A stretch of DNA of 60,151 nt from a virus. Its lineage: Duplodnaviria > Caudoviricetes. The translations under genes were made by a program, and so were the position numbers. The stretch lies in the IMG/VR virus record IMGVR_UViG_3300008113_000221, positions 1 to 60,151 of that record, one strand, 5' to 3'. Below the pieces are notes generated by a model, which was not told the origin of the DNA, searched no databases, and saw only the letters and a list, made by a program, of their open reading frames with translations. Position 1 is the stretch's first letter; each line of letters opens with the position of its first letter. This document shows, in pieces, positions 7,474 to 16,658 of the stretch.

Positions 7474-7503
7474 AAAATTTAGTCATCAAACAAAAACACA
7501 TAT

Positions 7504-8043
7504 ATGAAGAATCTATTAAAAGCCATGTACCAGTTCGCTGATATGGCCGAACCGATACTAAAAGACGCAGACAATCCTTTCTTTAAATCCAAGTTCGCAG
7601 CACTGGAGCATATCCAGCAGAGCATAAAGGAGCCATTAAAGAAGTGCGGACTTGTCCTTTCCCAGCCATCAGTAGTAATAGACGGAGCGCACTATGTAAA
7701 AAGCATATTGTTCCATGTGGAAAGCGGAGAATATATTGAATCTTACTTCCCAGTGGTAGCCATGAAGGGAACGCCACAAGACTATGGTTCGGCTACCAGT
7801 TACGCCAAGCGTTATGCCCTATCTGGGCTATTAAACCTTACTATTCAAGGAGAGGATGATGATGCAGAAACAGCAGAAGGCAGAGGTAAGTCTGCTCCTC
7901 ATCAAGACCAGAAGGAGTGGCTGAATAAAGGTTCAGAAGCTTTCATGAAGGTAAAGGGATTCTTAGATAAAGGAGGAGACATTAAAGAGGTAGAGAAGAA
8001 GTATAAGATTAGCAAAGAGGTAAGAGACTTATTAAGCAAATAA
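7504..8043 (+). CDS. erf: ERF-family ssDNA annealing protein
   Basis: NPFFKSKFAALE and PQDYGSATSYAKRYALSGLL...EDDDA signature. Confidence 0.88.
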   Translation: MKNLLKAMYQFADMAEPILKDADNPFFKSKFAALEHIQQSIKEPLKKCGLVLSQPSVVIDGAHYVKSILFHVESGEYIESYFPVVAMKGTPQDYGSATSYAKRYALSGLLNLTIQGEDDDAETAEGRGKSAPHQDQKEWLNKGSEAFMKVKGFLDKGGDIKEVEKKYKISKEVRDLLSK

Positions 8044-8046
8044 ACT

Positions 8047-8232
8047 ATGGCACTTAAAAAAATGGAAAAAATCTACGACTACGTATTTCACTTTAATCAC
8101 TTTACCGAATTGTGGAGTGCAATTCCAAGAGAGCTATATAATAGATACTGGAATAACGATGAAGTAGAAGGAGTAATTAAATCTAACAACATCAATACGC
8201 TGATTAACATTATAACCAAAGAAACAAAATAA
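8047..8232 (+). CDS. hypothetical protein
   Basis: ORF track. Confidence 0.7.
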   Translation: MALKKMEKIYDYVFHFNHFTELWSAIPRELYNRYWNNDEVEGVIKSNNINTLINIITKETK

Positions 8233-8242
8233 AACATAGTAC

Positions 8243-8695
8243 ATGGAACTGACAATTTTAAACGAACTGAAGCCAACGAAGACAGACATCAAAACAGCAG
8301 CAGAGTATTTTATCCAAGCAGTAGAGCAAGGAAAAGAGAATCCACTTGACCTTGCAGTAAAGGTTAAGGTATGGGAAGAGCTGATGAAAGAAGTAAAAGA
8401 CAGGCTCATGAAATACTCCCTTGACGAGATTGATAAGCATAGCGGGAAGGTAAATCTGTATGACACCAAGATTGAAAGAGTTGAAGGCGGAGTAAAGTAT
8501 GACTACTCTGGAGACACTACATGGCAACTGCTTAAGGCTTCTGTTGACTACGCTACAGAAAAAATGAAAGCCAGAGAAGATATTTTAAAAAAGATACCAG
8601 CAGGAATGAGCCTTGTAGATGAAGCTACTGGAGAAGTTATTGTAGGGCCATCAAAGACATCAACAACAACCTTAAAGATAACACTTGCAAAATGA
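8243..8695 (+). CDS. hypothetical protein in the recombination module
   Basis: 150-aa ORF with a GVKYDYS motif. Confidence 0.8.
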   Translation: MELTILNELKPTKTDIKTAAEYFIQAVEQGKENPLDLAVKVKVWEELMKEVKDRLMKYSLDEIDKHSGKVNLYDTKIERVEGGVKYDYSGDTTWQLLKASVDYATEKMKAREDILKKIPAGMSLVDEATGEVIVGPSKTSTTTLKITLAK

Positions 8696-8761
8696 TACAA
8701 CTATTTATAATACTTTCATTACTAATGATTTATGCAGCAAACCAACTAAACAAAATAGAAA

Positions 8762-9208
8762 ATGAGCGATAAAGAACTGATGAGTAACGTAAAGATTGAC
8801 AAGATTAAGATGCTGATTAAGAAAGCCGAGGAGTTTCATAGCCTTGCTCTTGAGATAGGGATAGACACTGGACTGATAGAGGCGATAGCTGGTAATAGCG
8901 TAATCATTGAGCCGTACTATATCATTGAGCTTGTTCAAAGAAGGCTTAACGTAGATATAAATACCAACTCAAGGAAGAAAGAAATCGTAGAGGCTAAAAG
9001 GATTATATGCTGGTTACTACAAAAGTATGCAAGGCTAAGTCTAAAGAAGATTATAGTATATGTAAATCTTAAAGACCATAGCACAGCCATACACCATATC
9101 CAGACGCTGAATGACTATCTGGAGCATGATGAATACTTGCAACACCTTATTGCAGGATTTGAAGAAGATATTATAAATTTTTCTAATAAGAAAAGCCAAT
9201 ATCATTGA
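8762..9208 (+). CDS. protein with a DnaA domain IV-like (Bac_DnaA_C) HTH
   Basis: SRKKEIVEAKRIICWLLQKYARLSLKKI...KDHSTAIH resembles the DnaA C-terminal RDHxTV motif. Confidence 0.75.
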   Translation: MSDKELMSNVKIDKIKMLIKKAEEFHSLALEIGIDTGLIEAIAGNSVIIEPYYIIELVQRRLNVDINTNSRKKEIVEAKRIICWLLQKYARLSLKKIIVYVNLKDHSTAIHHIQTLNDYLEHDEYLQHLIAGFEEDIINFSNKKSQYH

Positions 9209-11061
9209 TTACTATATTCCAGACTTTTAAAGACATAGATACTCCGCATCATGTTACCGTAAGCTCAGTACTCAATGGTATAAAAAATGGCAAGGTAAAG
9301 GATGATGTTGAAAAGATACGCTCATCAACAAGTGATGCTGAAATTGGAGAGCTGAAACTAAAGCTACCATGCGTTCTATACGCTGGAAGATTTGACATAC
9401 CAGTTATTAGGGAGCGTAAAGATGGTACAATGTATAAGTCTTACAGAACAGACGAATCATTATCCATGCACTCAAAGCTTGTTCCATTTGACATTGATGA
9501 TATTGATGACATACCGAAATACAAGGAGGATGCAAAGAGAGACCCGTATATATATGCTCTATGGGTAAGCCCTTCTGGAACAGGACTTCATGGGCTTATA
9601 AAGATAGCTGATGGCAGCAGACATGAGGAGCATTACACCGCCCTTCTAAAAAGGTATCCAGTCTTTGACCCTACAGCAAGGAACCCTTCAAGGGTATTGT
9701 TCTTGTCTTATGACCCAGATATTTATATCAACGAAGATGCTAAGACTTTCTTTGAGGTGCAGGAAAAGGTTGTATCTGCTGGCATCAACATGACTGGTGG
9801 ATTTACAGACTACAAAAGGCTTGGCGTGGCAGCTAAGATGATAAGGATAAGTGAGCAAGGAGCAAGGCATCACGCTGTTATCAAGTCTTCATACCTTGTA
9901 GGTGGGCTTATTGCTGGAGGAATTGTGGAAGAGTATATAGGCAGGATGGTTCTGGAGTACGAGGTTAATAACAAGTTCGCTCCAGAAGAAAGAGAGATAG
10001 AGATAAAAGCTGTTCACGATGGCATCAAGGCTGGTATGTATATGCCTATCAGCGATATTGACAGGTACGAACACGAGGTAATGCATGCTGTAGGGGCTAT
10101 AGAAGAAGAGCTTTCGTTTCTATCTAACAACAGAGCCGATGAAGAGTTCATTAGGAAGTACAGAGCAGGCTTAATTCCGATGGGTAAACCATTTGGGTAT
10201 GAAGACATGGATAAGCATTTACTCCTCAATGAAGGTCAGTTCTATGCGATTCTGAGCCATACCTCAACTGGTAAGACGCAGCTAACCTTATGGCTTATAT
10301 TCCTTTCTGCCTTGAAATATGACTGGTGCTGGGTAATATACACTGGAGAGAATAGAGTTGCATCTGTTAAGATGAGGTTTGTAGAGTTCTTTACAGGGTA
10401 TAGGATAAAGGATTGCCCAGAGGACTTCTTTCAACAGGCTATTAAATGGATTAATGATAGGATATTCTTTGTCAATAACGATGAGATGCACGGGTATGAT
10501 GACATTCTTAAGTATACGGAGTCCGTTTCTAAGTATCATGCCATTAAAGGATTGCTCATAGACCCTGTTAATTCACTGAAGATGAATGGAAAAGACTCTA
10601 AGTATAATCACGAGATGGAGATGTATACTAACATGCTGCTCTATACAAAGAGGACTAATATAACTATCCTATTATCCATACATACAAGGAGTGAATCTCA
10701 GAGACAGAGGGACAAGAATGGTAATCAGCCTATGCCATACCCTGCTGATGCTGATGGTGGGGCTGTGCTTGTTAATAAGACTGATGTGTTTATCGTGATG
10801 AATAGGAATATCCAAGACCCAGAAAGCTGGATGATTAATGAGATAAAGGTTCTGAAGCACAGGACAGCAGAGTATTCTGGAGGCGGAGTAACTAAGGCCA
10901 ATGAATCTATAAGGCTGAAGATGAATAAAGGAGTGGAGTTCACTGACGAGTATGGACACTTGCCCATTGACAGGAGCTACCTAAGATTAGACAACAGGCT
11001 GATAGACGACAAGCCAAACGATGAAGATATAGAAAGCTTTATACACGAAATAAAACTTTAA
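9205..11061 (+). CDS. primase-helicase: BT4734/VirE-N primase-like domain fused to a DnaB-like SF4 helicase
   Basis: LPCVLYAGRF, FDIDD, SPSGTGLH and SRVLFLSYDP in the N-terminal part; Walker A SHTSTGKT and Walker B LLIDP in the C-terminal part; TTG start overlaps the previous stop. Confidence 0.82.
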   Translation: MITIFQTFKDIDTPHHVTVSSVLNGIKNGKVKDDVEKIRSSTSDAEIGELKLKLPCVLYAGRFDIPVIRERKDGTMYKSYRTDESLSMHSKLVPFDIDDIDDIPKYKEDAKRDPYIYALWVSPSGTGLHGLIKIADGSRHEEHYTALLKRYPVFDPTARNPSRVLFLSYDPDIYINEDAKTFFEVQEKVVSAGINMTGGFTDYKRLGVAAKMIRISEQGARHHAVIKSSYLVGGLIAGGIVEEYIGRMVLEYEVNNKFAPEEREIEIKAVHDGIKAGMYMPISDIDRYEHEVMHAVGAIEEELSFLSNNRADEEFIRKYRAGLIPMGKPFGYEDMDKHLLLNEGQFYAILSHTSTGKTQLTLWLIFLSALKYDWCWVIYTGENRVASVKMRFVEFFTGYRIKDCPEDFFQQAIKWINDRIFFVNNDEMHGYDDILKYTESVSKYHAIKGLLIDPVNSLKMNGKDSKYNHEMEMYTNMLLYTKRTNITILLSIHTRSESQRQRDKNGNQPMPYPADADGGAVLVNKTDVFIVMNRNIQDPESWMINEIKVLKHRTAEYSGGGVTKANESIRLKMNKGVEFTDEYGHLPIDRSYLRLDNRLIDDKPNDEDIESFIHEIKL

Positions 11062-11063
11062 CT

Positions 11064-11390
11064 ATGACGGAAGGGCAAAAGGAATCTTTATTCATGGCCT
11101 ACATAAGCGCTTGTAATGGATATATGTACGCCAGCGACCTTGAGAAAGACAAGTCGCTGCATGTTGTAACAAGGCAGGCGGTTGGAGCTATGGCAAACAA
11201 GTTCAAATGGATTAAGACATCGCTTGAGGTTAAGTCTAATTCAGCCATACTAAGGCAGGTTGATACCCTTAGATACGATGAAATATTTAGGCTGATGATT
11301 AACCTTGACGAGGATAACCAGCATAAGCTTGAGATGTTGATAAGCAAATTTGTAGATGATTTAAACCCAGATAATGAAGGTAACAAATAG
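11064..11390 (+). CDS. hypothetical protein
   Basis: ORF track. Confidence 0.75.
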   Translation: MTEGQKESLFMAYISACNGYMYASDLEKDKSLHVVTRQAVGAMANKFKWIKTSLEVKSNSAILRQVDTLRYDEIFRLMINLDEDNQHKLEMLISKFVDDLNPDNEGNK

Positions 11391-11583
11391 TATTGCGGAG
11401 TATATTAAAAAAAATGATGAAAGAAAGAATTTAAGATGGAGATACAAAGATGGAGAGCTGATGTTTGAGTATGATGATGGATTATGGTTCAACGAGAAGC
11501 ATTTAGATGAGCTATTCCCAATGTATCAGTATAAAAAGTTCAATGACAAAGGAATCAATCCAGACACCACTAAATTTAACTAA
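11374..11583 (+). CDS. hypothetical protein
   Basis: ORF track. Confidence 0.7.
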   Translation: MKVTNSIAEYIKKNDERKNLRWRYKDGELMFEYDDGLWFNEKHLDELFPMYQYKKFNDKGINPDTTKFN

Positions 11584-11584
11584 T

Positions 11585-11725
11585 ATGAAAAAACTATTAT
11601 TGTCAGCGTATTGCAAGTTCTTTGGCCACAGATGGAAGATTAACCACATATACGGAGCTTCTGCTGTAGTTACCTGTAAGAGGTGCGGAGAGCACAGGCA
11701 TGACTTAATATCTGAGCTGCTATGA
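11585..11725 (+). CDS. small DUF1660-like Zn-binding protein
   Basis: CKFFGHRW...CKRCG motif; ATG11585. Confidence 0.6.
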   Translation: MKKLLLSAYCKFFGHRWKINHIYGASAVVTCKRCGEHRHDLISELL

Positions 11726-11943
11726 TACACGAGATTAAGTCTTCAATAGCTGTGCATACTCCACATGGAGAAGGAGTAGCTATGTTCATAATCGACTATG
11801 GCATTGATGTTAATTCTGTATGGGTAGTAAGGCTTGACGGAGGGCATGTAAAACATTACTATTCAGATGATATACGGGTATACGACAATCCGATGAATGG
11901 GAAAGGCTTTAATATAGAAATACCAGATAGCTGGGAAAAGTAA
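11722..11943 (+). CDS. hypothetical protein
   Basis: ATGA-coupled ORF. Confidence 0.7.
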   Translation: MIHEIKSSIAVHTPHGEGVAMFIIDYGIDVNSVWVVRLDGGHVKHYYSDDIRVYDNPMNGKGFNIEIPDSWEK

Positions 11944-11988
11944 TAAATATATTACAAATGTTTTTTTTCTCAAGTATATTAATTTTTG

Positions 11989-11996
11989 TATATTTG
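11989..11996 (+). promoter_or_regulatory. Bacteroidota housekeeping-sigma -7 element
   Basis: TATATTTG matches TAnnTTTG; intergenic, upstream of the initiator leader. Confidence 0.7.
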
Positions 11997-11999
11997 AAC

Positions 12000-12091
12000 T
12001 GGAATGTACCATATTCCATTAAGAAAACTTATTGGCTTGAGGAGGCGCTTGCAATGGTACTGCAAGCAAATCTGATAGCCTTTTTTATTTT
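12000..12091 (+). ncRNA. structured 5' leader with two complementary hairpin loops (kissing-loop pseudoknot)
   Basis: TGGAAT-[GTACCAT]-ATTCCA and GCTTGCA-[ATGGTAC]-TGCAAGC; the loops are exact reverse complements; outer GGCT/AGCC stem followed by a U-tract. Confidence 0.75.
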
Positions 12092-12724
12092 ATGCCTGAT
12101 AGCTATATAAAGCGCACAAAGCGCAACAAGAACTTTACCACACTTGGCAATAATCTATTTTCTTCTGGATTATCCGCTGAATCTCTTGGTATACTATGCT
12201 TTATCCTTCATCTTCCAGATGACTGGGTGCTAAGAAAAGGTCACTTGCAGAAACAATTTAAGATAGGGAGAGATAAAATGACAAGGATATTTAAGGAGTT
12301 AAAAGAGAAGGGGTACCTTGCTGATTTATTGTATATCAAGGGTGAAGATGGAAAGTTTGATGGAGCTCATTATATAATATATGACGAGCCTATTAAAGAG
12401 GATAATAAAGTTTTAGACAAGGCGAACAATGTTATAGAAGCGGATAGCCTGAAAACCCGTACTCCGGAAAACCAGTCTACCCGAAACCAGTATACTGGAA
12501 ACCAGTCTACCCAAGACCAGTGCACTGGAAAACCTACACATACTAAAGACTATAATAACAAAGAACTAATTATACCAAATACTAACCAACCAAACCAACA
12601 ATCAGCGAGAATTAAAAGAGACCCAGAAGATGACGCTCCAGAAGGAATGTATACGGTTATATTCCATGATGGTACTCGTAAATATTACAAAGACGATGAT
12701 ATGTCTTGGCTTGATAAAAAATAA
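12092..12724 (+). CDS. phage replication initiator (HTH, lambda O/replisome-organizer-like architecture)
   Basis: N-terminal wHTH (NFTTLGN...LSAESLGILCFIL.LPDDW...GRDKM...KELKEKGYL) followed by a linker containing iterons. Confidence 0.75.
   Translation: MPDSYIKRTKRNKNFTTLGNNLFSSGLSAESLGILCFILHLPDDWVLRKGHLQKQFKIGRDKMTRIFKELKEKGYLADLLYIKGEDGKFDGAHYIIYDEPIKEDNKVLDKANNVIEADSLKTRTPENQSTRNQYTGNQSTQDQCTGKPTHTKDYNNKELIIPNTNQPNQQSARIKRDPEDDAPEGMYTVIFHDGTRKYYKDDDMSWLDKK
12452..12535 (+). repeat. 15-bp iterons, probable replication origin
   Basis: A(A/G)ACCAGT at 12469, 12484, 12499 and 12514, degenerate flanking copies, then an AT-rich tract. Confidence 0.75.
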
Positions 12725-12798
12725 ATACAAATAATGTAAAACAAATAGTAATAACAAAACGCTGATAATCAGCAACTTAAACAAGTAAATAATAAATA

Positions 12799-12963
12799 AT
12801 GGATAATGTAAATGTAATTTATTCTCAAGGCAAGCTTAAATTTGTATTCAAGAACTATGAGATACAAGAAGATGGAGTAGCTATTGAGCTTACTCCAGAA
12901 GAATATGAAAAGCTAATAGAATACATAGAGCTATCAAAAGATATAGACAACGCTTTTTTATAA
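12799..12963 (+). CDS. hypothetical 54-aa protein
   Basis: Read by hand: MDNVNVIYSQ...DIDNAFL*. Confidence 0.6.
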   Translation: MDNVNVIYSQGKLKFVFKNYEIQEDGVAIELTPEEYEKLIEYIELSKDIDNAFL

Positions 12964-12978
12964 TTAAAAACAAATACA

Positions 12979-13197
12979 ATGGAAAAGAAAACAACCAAGA
13001 AGTTGGTAAAGAGAGCTGATGTAAAGAAGTCTGCTCCTAAAAAATCAGCGCCTAAGAAAGCAGTCAAAAAGAAAGTAGAAGTATTTGTAGAAGAACAGGA
13101 GTTCGACTTCTTTAACTTTGATATACCAAGAAGTGTATATGCAAGACTATTCTGGACATACTTTAAGCTATACATTAAATCATTCTTTAGAAAATAA
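12979..13197 (+). CDS. small Lys-rich protein with a histone-H1-like repeat
   Basis: KKSAPKKSAPKKAVKKK. Confidence 0.65.
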   Translation: MEKKTTKKLVKRADVKKSAPKKSAPKKAVKKKVEVFVEEQEFDFFNFDIPRSVYARLFWTYFKLYIKSFFRK

Positions 13198-13209
13198 CAT
13201 ACCATAACC

Positions 13210-13605
13210 ATGAAGATATTTGAAGACAAAGAGCTGCAAGATAGGTTTGAAAAGACTAAAGAACTATACGAGCAATATAGGTCAGTAGTTACAAGGAAGG
13301 TAGACTTCACTAATCCAAATGAGATACTTAACCAGCTTGGAGAACTAAGCAATGTAGCGCACTTGGGAGCTGAATGTGAGGCCATGTTCGAGTTCCTTAA
13401 CGATAAGCATGCAATGAAGAAACTTGCTGTGCTTGACATGGATGCAAGAGGAGCTGCTGAAAAGAAGATTATCCTTAACAACGAAATAGGTAGCACTAAC
13501 TTCTGGCTGACAATGATAAGGCTACTTGTAAAAGAGGCTCACTATAACTCAGATAGACTTAGGTCAGCACTTTCATATCTAAAACAAGAGATGTCATCAC
13601 TTTAA
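13210..13605 (+). CDS. hypothetical helical protein
   Basis: ORF track; adjacent to the SSB-like gene. Confidence 0.75.
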   Translation: MKIFEDKELQDRFEKTKELYEQYRSVVTRKVDFTNPNEILNQLGELSNVAHLGAECEAMFEFLNDKHAMKKLAVLDMDARGAAEKKIILNNEIGSTNFWLTMIRLLVKEAHYNSDRLRSALSYLKQEMSSL

Positions 13606-13625
13606 TAATCATAAAACAAAAACAA

Positions 13626-13901
13626 ATGGAAAAGCAAAAGAAAATCTACTGCGGTAGTGGAAAGAAAAAGTCAGACACATGGCTGCAAATCAGCATCAAT
13701 CCAGAGAAGTTCGGCCAGTACATTAAAGAGTACAATGGAAGTAAGTATCTTAGGCTGAATGTAAACATTCTTAATCAGCCAGACAAGTATGGTAAGGATG
13801 TTCAAGTATCTATTGATACATGGGAACCTAATGGCAATAAGCAGCAAGAAGTTAAAACTCCTGCACAAGATGTTGGAGGATATGATAGCCTACCCTTTTG
13901 A
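13626..13901 (+). CDS. putative single-stranded DNA-binding protein
   Basis: Beta-rich core plus an SSB-type C-terminal tail (YDSLPF). Confidence 0.6.
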   Translation: MEKQKKIYCGSGKKKSDTWLQISINPEKFGQYIKEYNGSKYLRLNVNILNQPDKYGKDVQVSIDTWEPNGNKQQEVKTPAQDVGGYDSLPF

Positions 13902-13903
13902 TT

Positions 13904-14257
13904 ATGAAGTATAGCTCATCATATACATACGATTTAACTGTCGGCCAGCGTGCTGAAGAGTGGGTAATGGAAGTCTTTGACGGAACTAAAAAGATTGAAG
14001 TCAAGACAGACTTCCTTGCTCACAGGACAGGAAACATATATGTTGAAGTATACTCCAGAGGAAGGCAATCTGGCATCAGCACAACAACTGCTGACTACTG
14101 GATATATAAGATAGCCAAGATTGATTCTGCCGCAATAATTCCTGTAGCAAGGTTGCGAGAATTGGTCAAGAAGTATCATAATGGTACATTTGCTAAAGGC
14201 GGAGATGATGACACTTCACTTGGAGTGCTAATACCCCTGTCAGAAATATACAGATGA
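13904..14257 (+). CDS. PD-(D/E)XK-type endonuclease
   Basis: IEVKTD...TGNIYVE...SGISTTTADYW. Confidence 0.65.
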   Translation: MKYSSSYTYDLTVGQRAEEWVMEVFDGTKKIEVKTDFLAHRTGNIYVEVYSRGRQSGISTTTADYWIYKIAKIDSAAIIPVARLRELVKKYHNGTFAKGGDDDTSLGVLIPLSEIYR

Positions 14258-16218
14258 GTGTAATACAGATATACGGAATAGATGTAACCATACCACCAGC
14301 TCCACCAAAGGAGCGAATAGATGGCTATGGACTATCTGAAAAGAAACAGAAGTTTAAACGTATTGAGATACCAGATTCATTCTACGATGTAGACTACGAT
14401 GAAGATGGAGTAGCAATATACGATGATGAACAGATAAGATTTATACGTACAGAGTTCGATAAACTAAAGCACGGATACTGGTTCTTTAATAAGTCAGAGC
14501 CTACATACATTACTGGAGACTACTACTTCTACCTTAACTACTGGATGCTTGAGCATGGAGGACTACCAGAGTATAGAGACGCAGACAGAAAGTGGTTTCT
14601 ATTCTATGAAGAGTGCCTAAAAGACCAAGATATTCTCGGAATTATAAGGGTAAAGAAAAGACGTGAAGGTGCTACCTCTCAGTCATCGTGTATTATTACA
14701 AAGGCTGCTTCCATGTCAGAGAATACAAGATGTGGTATTATTAGTAAGACTGGTAAAGATGCTGAAGACTTGTTTCAGAACATGGTAGTATACGGATTCA
14801 GAGCCATGCCTTCATTCCTTCAGCCAAGAACAGACGGAACAGAAGACCCTAAAAAGAAACTTACATTCGTTAAGCAGGCTAAGAAAACAAAGAAAGCTAA
14901 GGGATTATTTAACAGGAGAGAAGGACTTAACTCATTCATTGAGTGGCGTAACACAGCATTGAACTCTTTTGACTCTGGTAGATGGAGCAGACTTCTGATA
15001 GACGAGGCTTCTAAGTATGACGCAAGTATACCTATCCAAGAGTATTGGAACATCGCTAAAAAGACGCTGACAGAAGGAGCTAACAAGGTAGGATTTGCTA
15101 TCATGGTATCTACCGTAAACCCTCCAAACAACGGAGGCCAGCCATTCAAAACACTATGGGATGACTCAGACCAGTTTAAATATGGTAGACGCACGCCTTC
15201 AAGACTTGTAAGATACTTTGCTCCAGCCAACGAAGGCTATGCAGGATTTATTGACGAATGGGGATTCTCTATGGCAGAAGATGCTAAAGAGCATATCCTT
15301 GCAGACAGGCTTGCTTCTAAGCAAGACCAAGACATTAGAGACTATCCGCTAAACGAGATGGAGGCTTTCAAGTTCAATGATGTAGACTGCCACTTTAATC
15401 TTGACCTGATAGAAAAGCAGGAGTACTTCCTTAAAGAAAATAACATACCGCTAAGGCGTGGTAGACTATACTTTGATGGTGATAATAAGGTTCAGTTTGC
15501 TGATGACAACGCAGGAAAATGGCTGATATATAAGATGCCGAAAAATACTAATTCTTTCACCATAAAGAATAATGTAATGTATCCTATGTCATCAGCAGAG
15601 TATGGAATAGGGTGTGACCCATTTAGGCACAGCATAACATCTGGAGAAGGCTCAATGGGAGCAGCGTGGGTAGGAGAGAAGCTGGATATTACCAAGCCAG
15701 ACGATACAGGACTTCCTGTGGCATATTATTATGGTAGGCCTAAGATGAAAGACTTGTTCTGGCAGGAGATGTTGATGGTGGCTATGTGGTATGGAGCTCC
15801 AGTAACTATAGAGAAAGACGCAGGAGATGACTACTACCCATACTTCCAGAAGTATAATACGCTTGGATATAACTGCCTGCCTATGCTTGGTAAAAAGCCA
15901 GACGCTGTAATCAACCCAGATAGAAAGGCTAAGACTAACTTCCTTGATAGAGGTATAGCATCAGCAGATGCGTTTGCCTTATCTAAGCAGCTTGAGTATT
16001 GCATCAACTACGTAGAACATCACTGCCATAAGATATACTATCCAGACCTTCTTGATGAGCTGAAAAGATACAGGCACGATAATAGAACTAAGTTCGATAC
16101 CTGTGTCAGCTTCATGATAATGCTGCTGACAATGACTGGCCAGAATAAGGCTAACGCTGTAGCTAAAAAGAAACAACCGCTGATAGAGATATATACAGCA
16201 GACGCATTTAGAGTTTAG
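14254..16218 (+). CDS. terL: terminase large subunit
   Basis: Walker A-like KKRREGAT, Walker B LLIDEASK, coupling motif VST, nuclease GCDP...EKD...FD. Confidence 0.88.
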   Translation: MSVIQIYGIDVTIPPAPPKERIDGYGLSEKKQKFKRIEIPDSFYDVDYDEDGVAIYDDEQIRFIRTEFDKLKHGYWFFNKSEPTYITGDYYFYLNYWMLEHGGLPEYRDADRKWFLFYEECLKDQDILGIIRVKKRREGATSQSSCIITKAASMSENTRCGIISKTGKDAEDLFQNMVVYGFRAMPSFLQPRTDGTEDPKKKLTFVKQAKKTKKAKGLFNRREGLNSFIEWRNTALNSFDSGRWSRLLIDEASKYDASIPIQEYWNIAKKTLTEGANKVGFAIMVSTVNPPNNGGQPFKTLWDDSDQFKYGRRTPSRLVRYFAPANEGYAGFIDEWGFSMAEDAKEHILADRLASKQDQDIRDYPLNEMEAFKFNDVDCHFNLDLIEKQEYFLKENNIPLRRGRLYFDGDNKVQFADDNAGKWLIYKMPKNTNSFTIKNNVMYPMSSAEYGIGCDPFRHSITSGEGSMGAAWVGEKLDITKPDDTGLPVAYYYGRPKMKDLFWQEMLMVAMWYGAPVTIEKDAGDDYYPYFQKYNTLGYNCLPMLGKKPDAVINPDRKAKTNFLDRGIASADAFALSKQLEYCINYVEHHCHKIYYPDLLDELKRYRHDNRTKFDTCVSFMIMLLTMTGQNKANAVAKKKQPLIEIYTADAFRV

Positions 16219-16457
16219 GAGTCAAGCCTTCTAAACTTGGCTTTCCATAATAGCCTTGCCATTACAGAAGACTCTTTACGCACCTTTGTTTCAGACCATT
16301 CTGGATGCCTGATATGCATAAACTCATGTATTAGATATAGTAAATATCTGTAACCTCTTAGACTAACATCAAGCTCAATAAGGTTTTCTGCGGTATGGGC
16401 AAGACCCCAAGACCTCTCCTTTCCGAGCTTACGATGTATAATCTTAGGTTGCTTCAT
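16215..16457 (-). CDS. small HExxH zincin-like metalloprotein
   Basis: LIHEFMHIRHPEWSE. Confidence 0.65.
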   Translation of the reverse strand: MKQPKIIHRKLGKERSWGLAHTAENLIELDVSLRGYRYLLYLIHEFMHIRHPEWSETKVRKESSVMARLLWKAKFRRLDS

Positions 16458-16611
16458 TCACTTTTGTAGGCTTTTTTATCTTTGATTTTCTTGCTTTTAT
16501 GGCTACCTTACGCCACTGCTCTGCCTTCTCGTAGTACATGTTCGTCATCTTTACTGCTTCCTCTTCTTGCTGCTCTTGTGTTAATTCGTAGAACTCGTCT
16601 TGTAGCTTCAT
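16444..16611 (-). CDS. hypothetical 55-aa protein
   Basis: Read by hand: MKLQDEFYEL...VNEAT*; TAAATTTG promoter element upstream. Confidence 0.6.
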   Translation of the reverse strand: MKLQDEFYELTQEQQEEEAVKMTNMYYEKAEQWRKVAIKARKSKIKKPTKVNEAT

Positions 16612-16630
16612 AAATTTGTTTTGTGAGCGA

Positions 16631-16638
16631 CAAATTTA
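16631..16638 (-). promoter_or_regulatory. TAnnTTTG -7 element
   Basis: TAAATTTG on the minus strand, intergenic. Confidence 0.55.
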
Positions 16639-16658
16639 ATGAATTGATTGATAAAATT

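Noticed and set aside
12837-12844. TAAATTTG promoter-like octamer
   Set aside because: Lies within the probable 12799..12963 CDS, with no other support.
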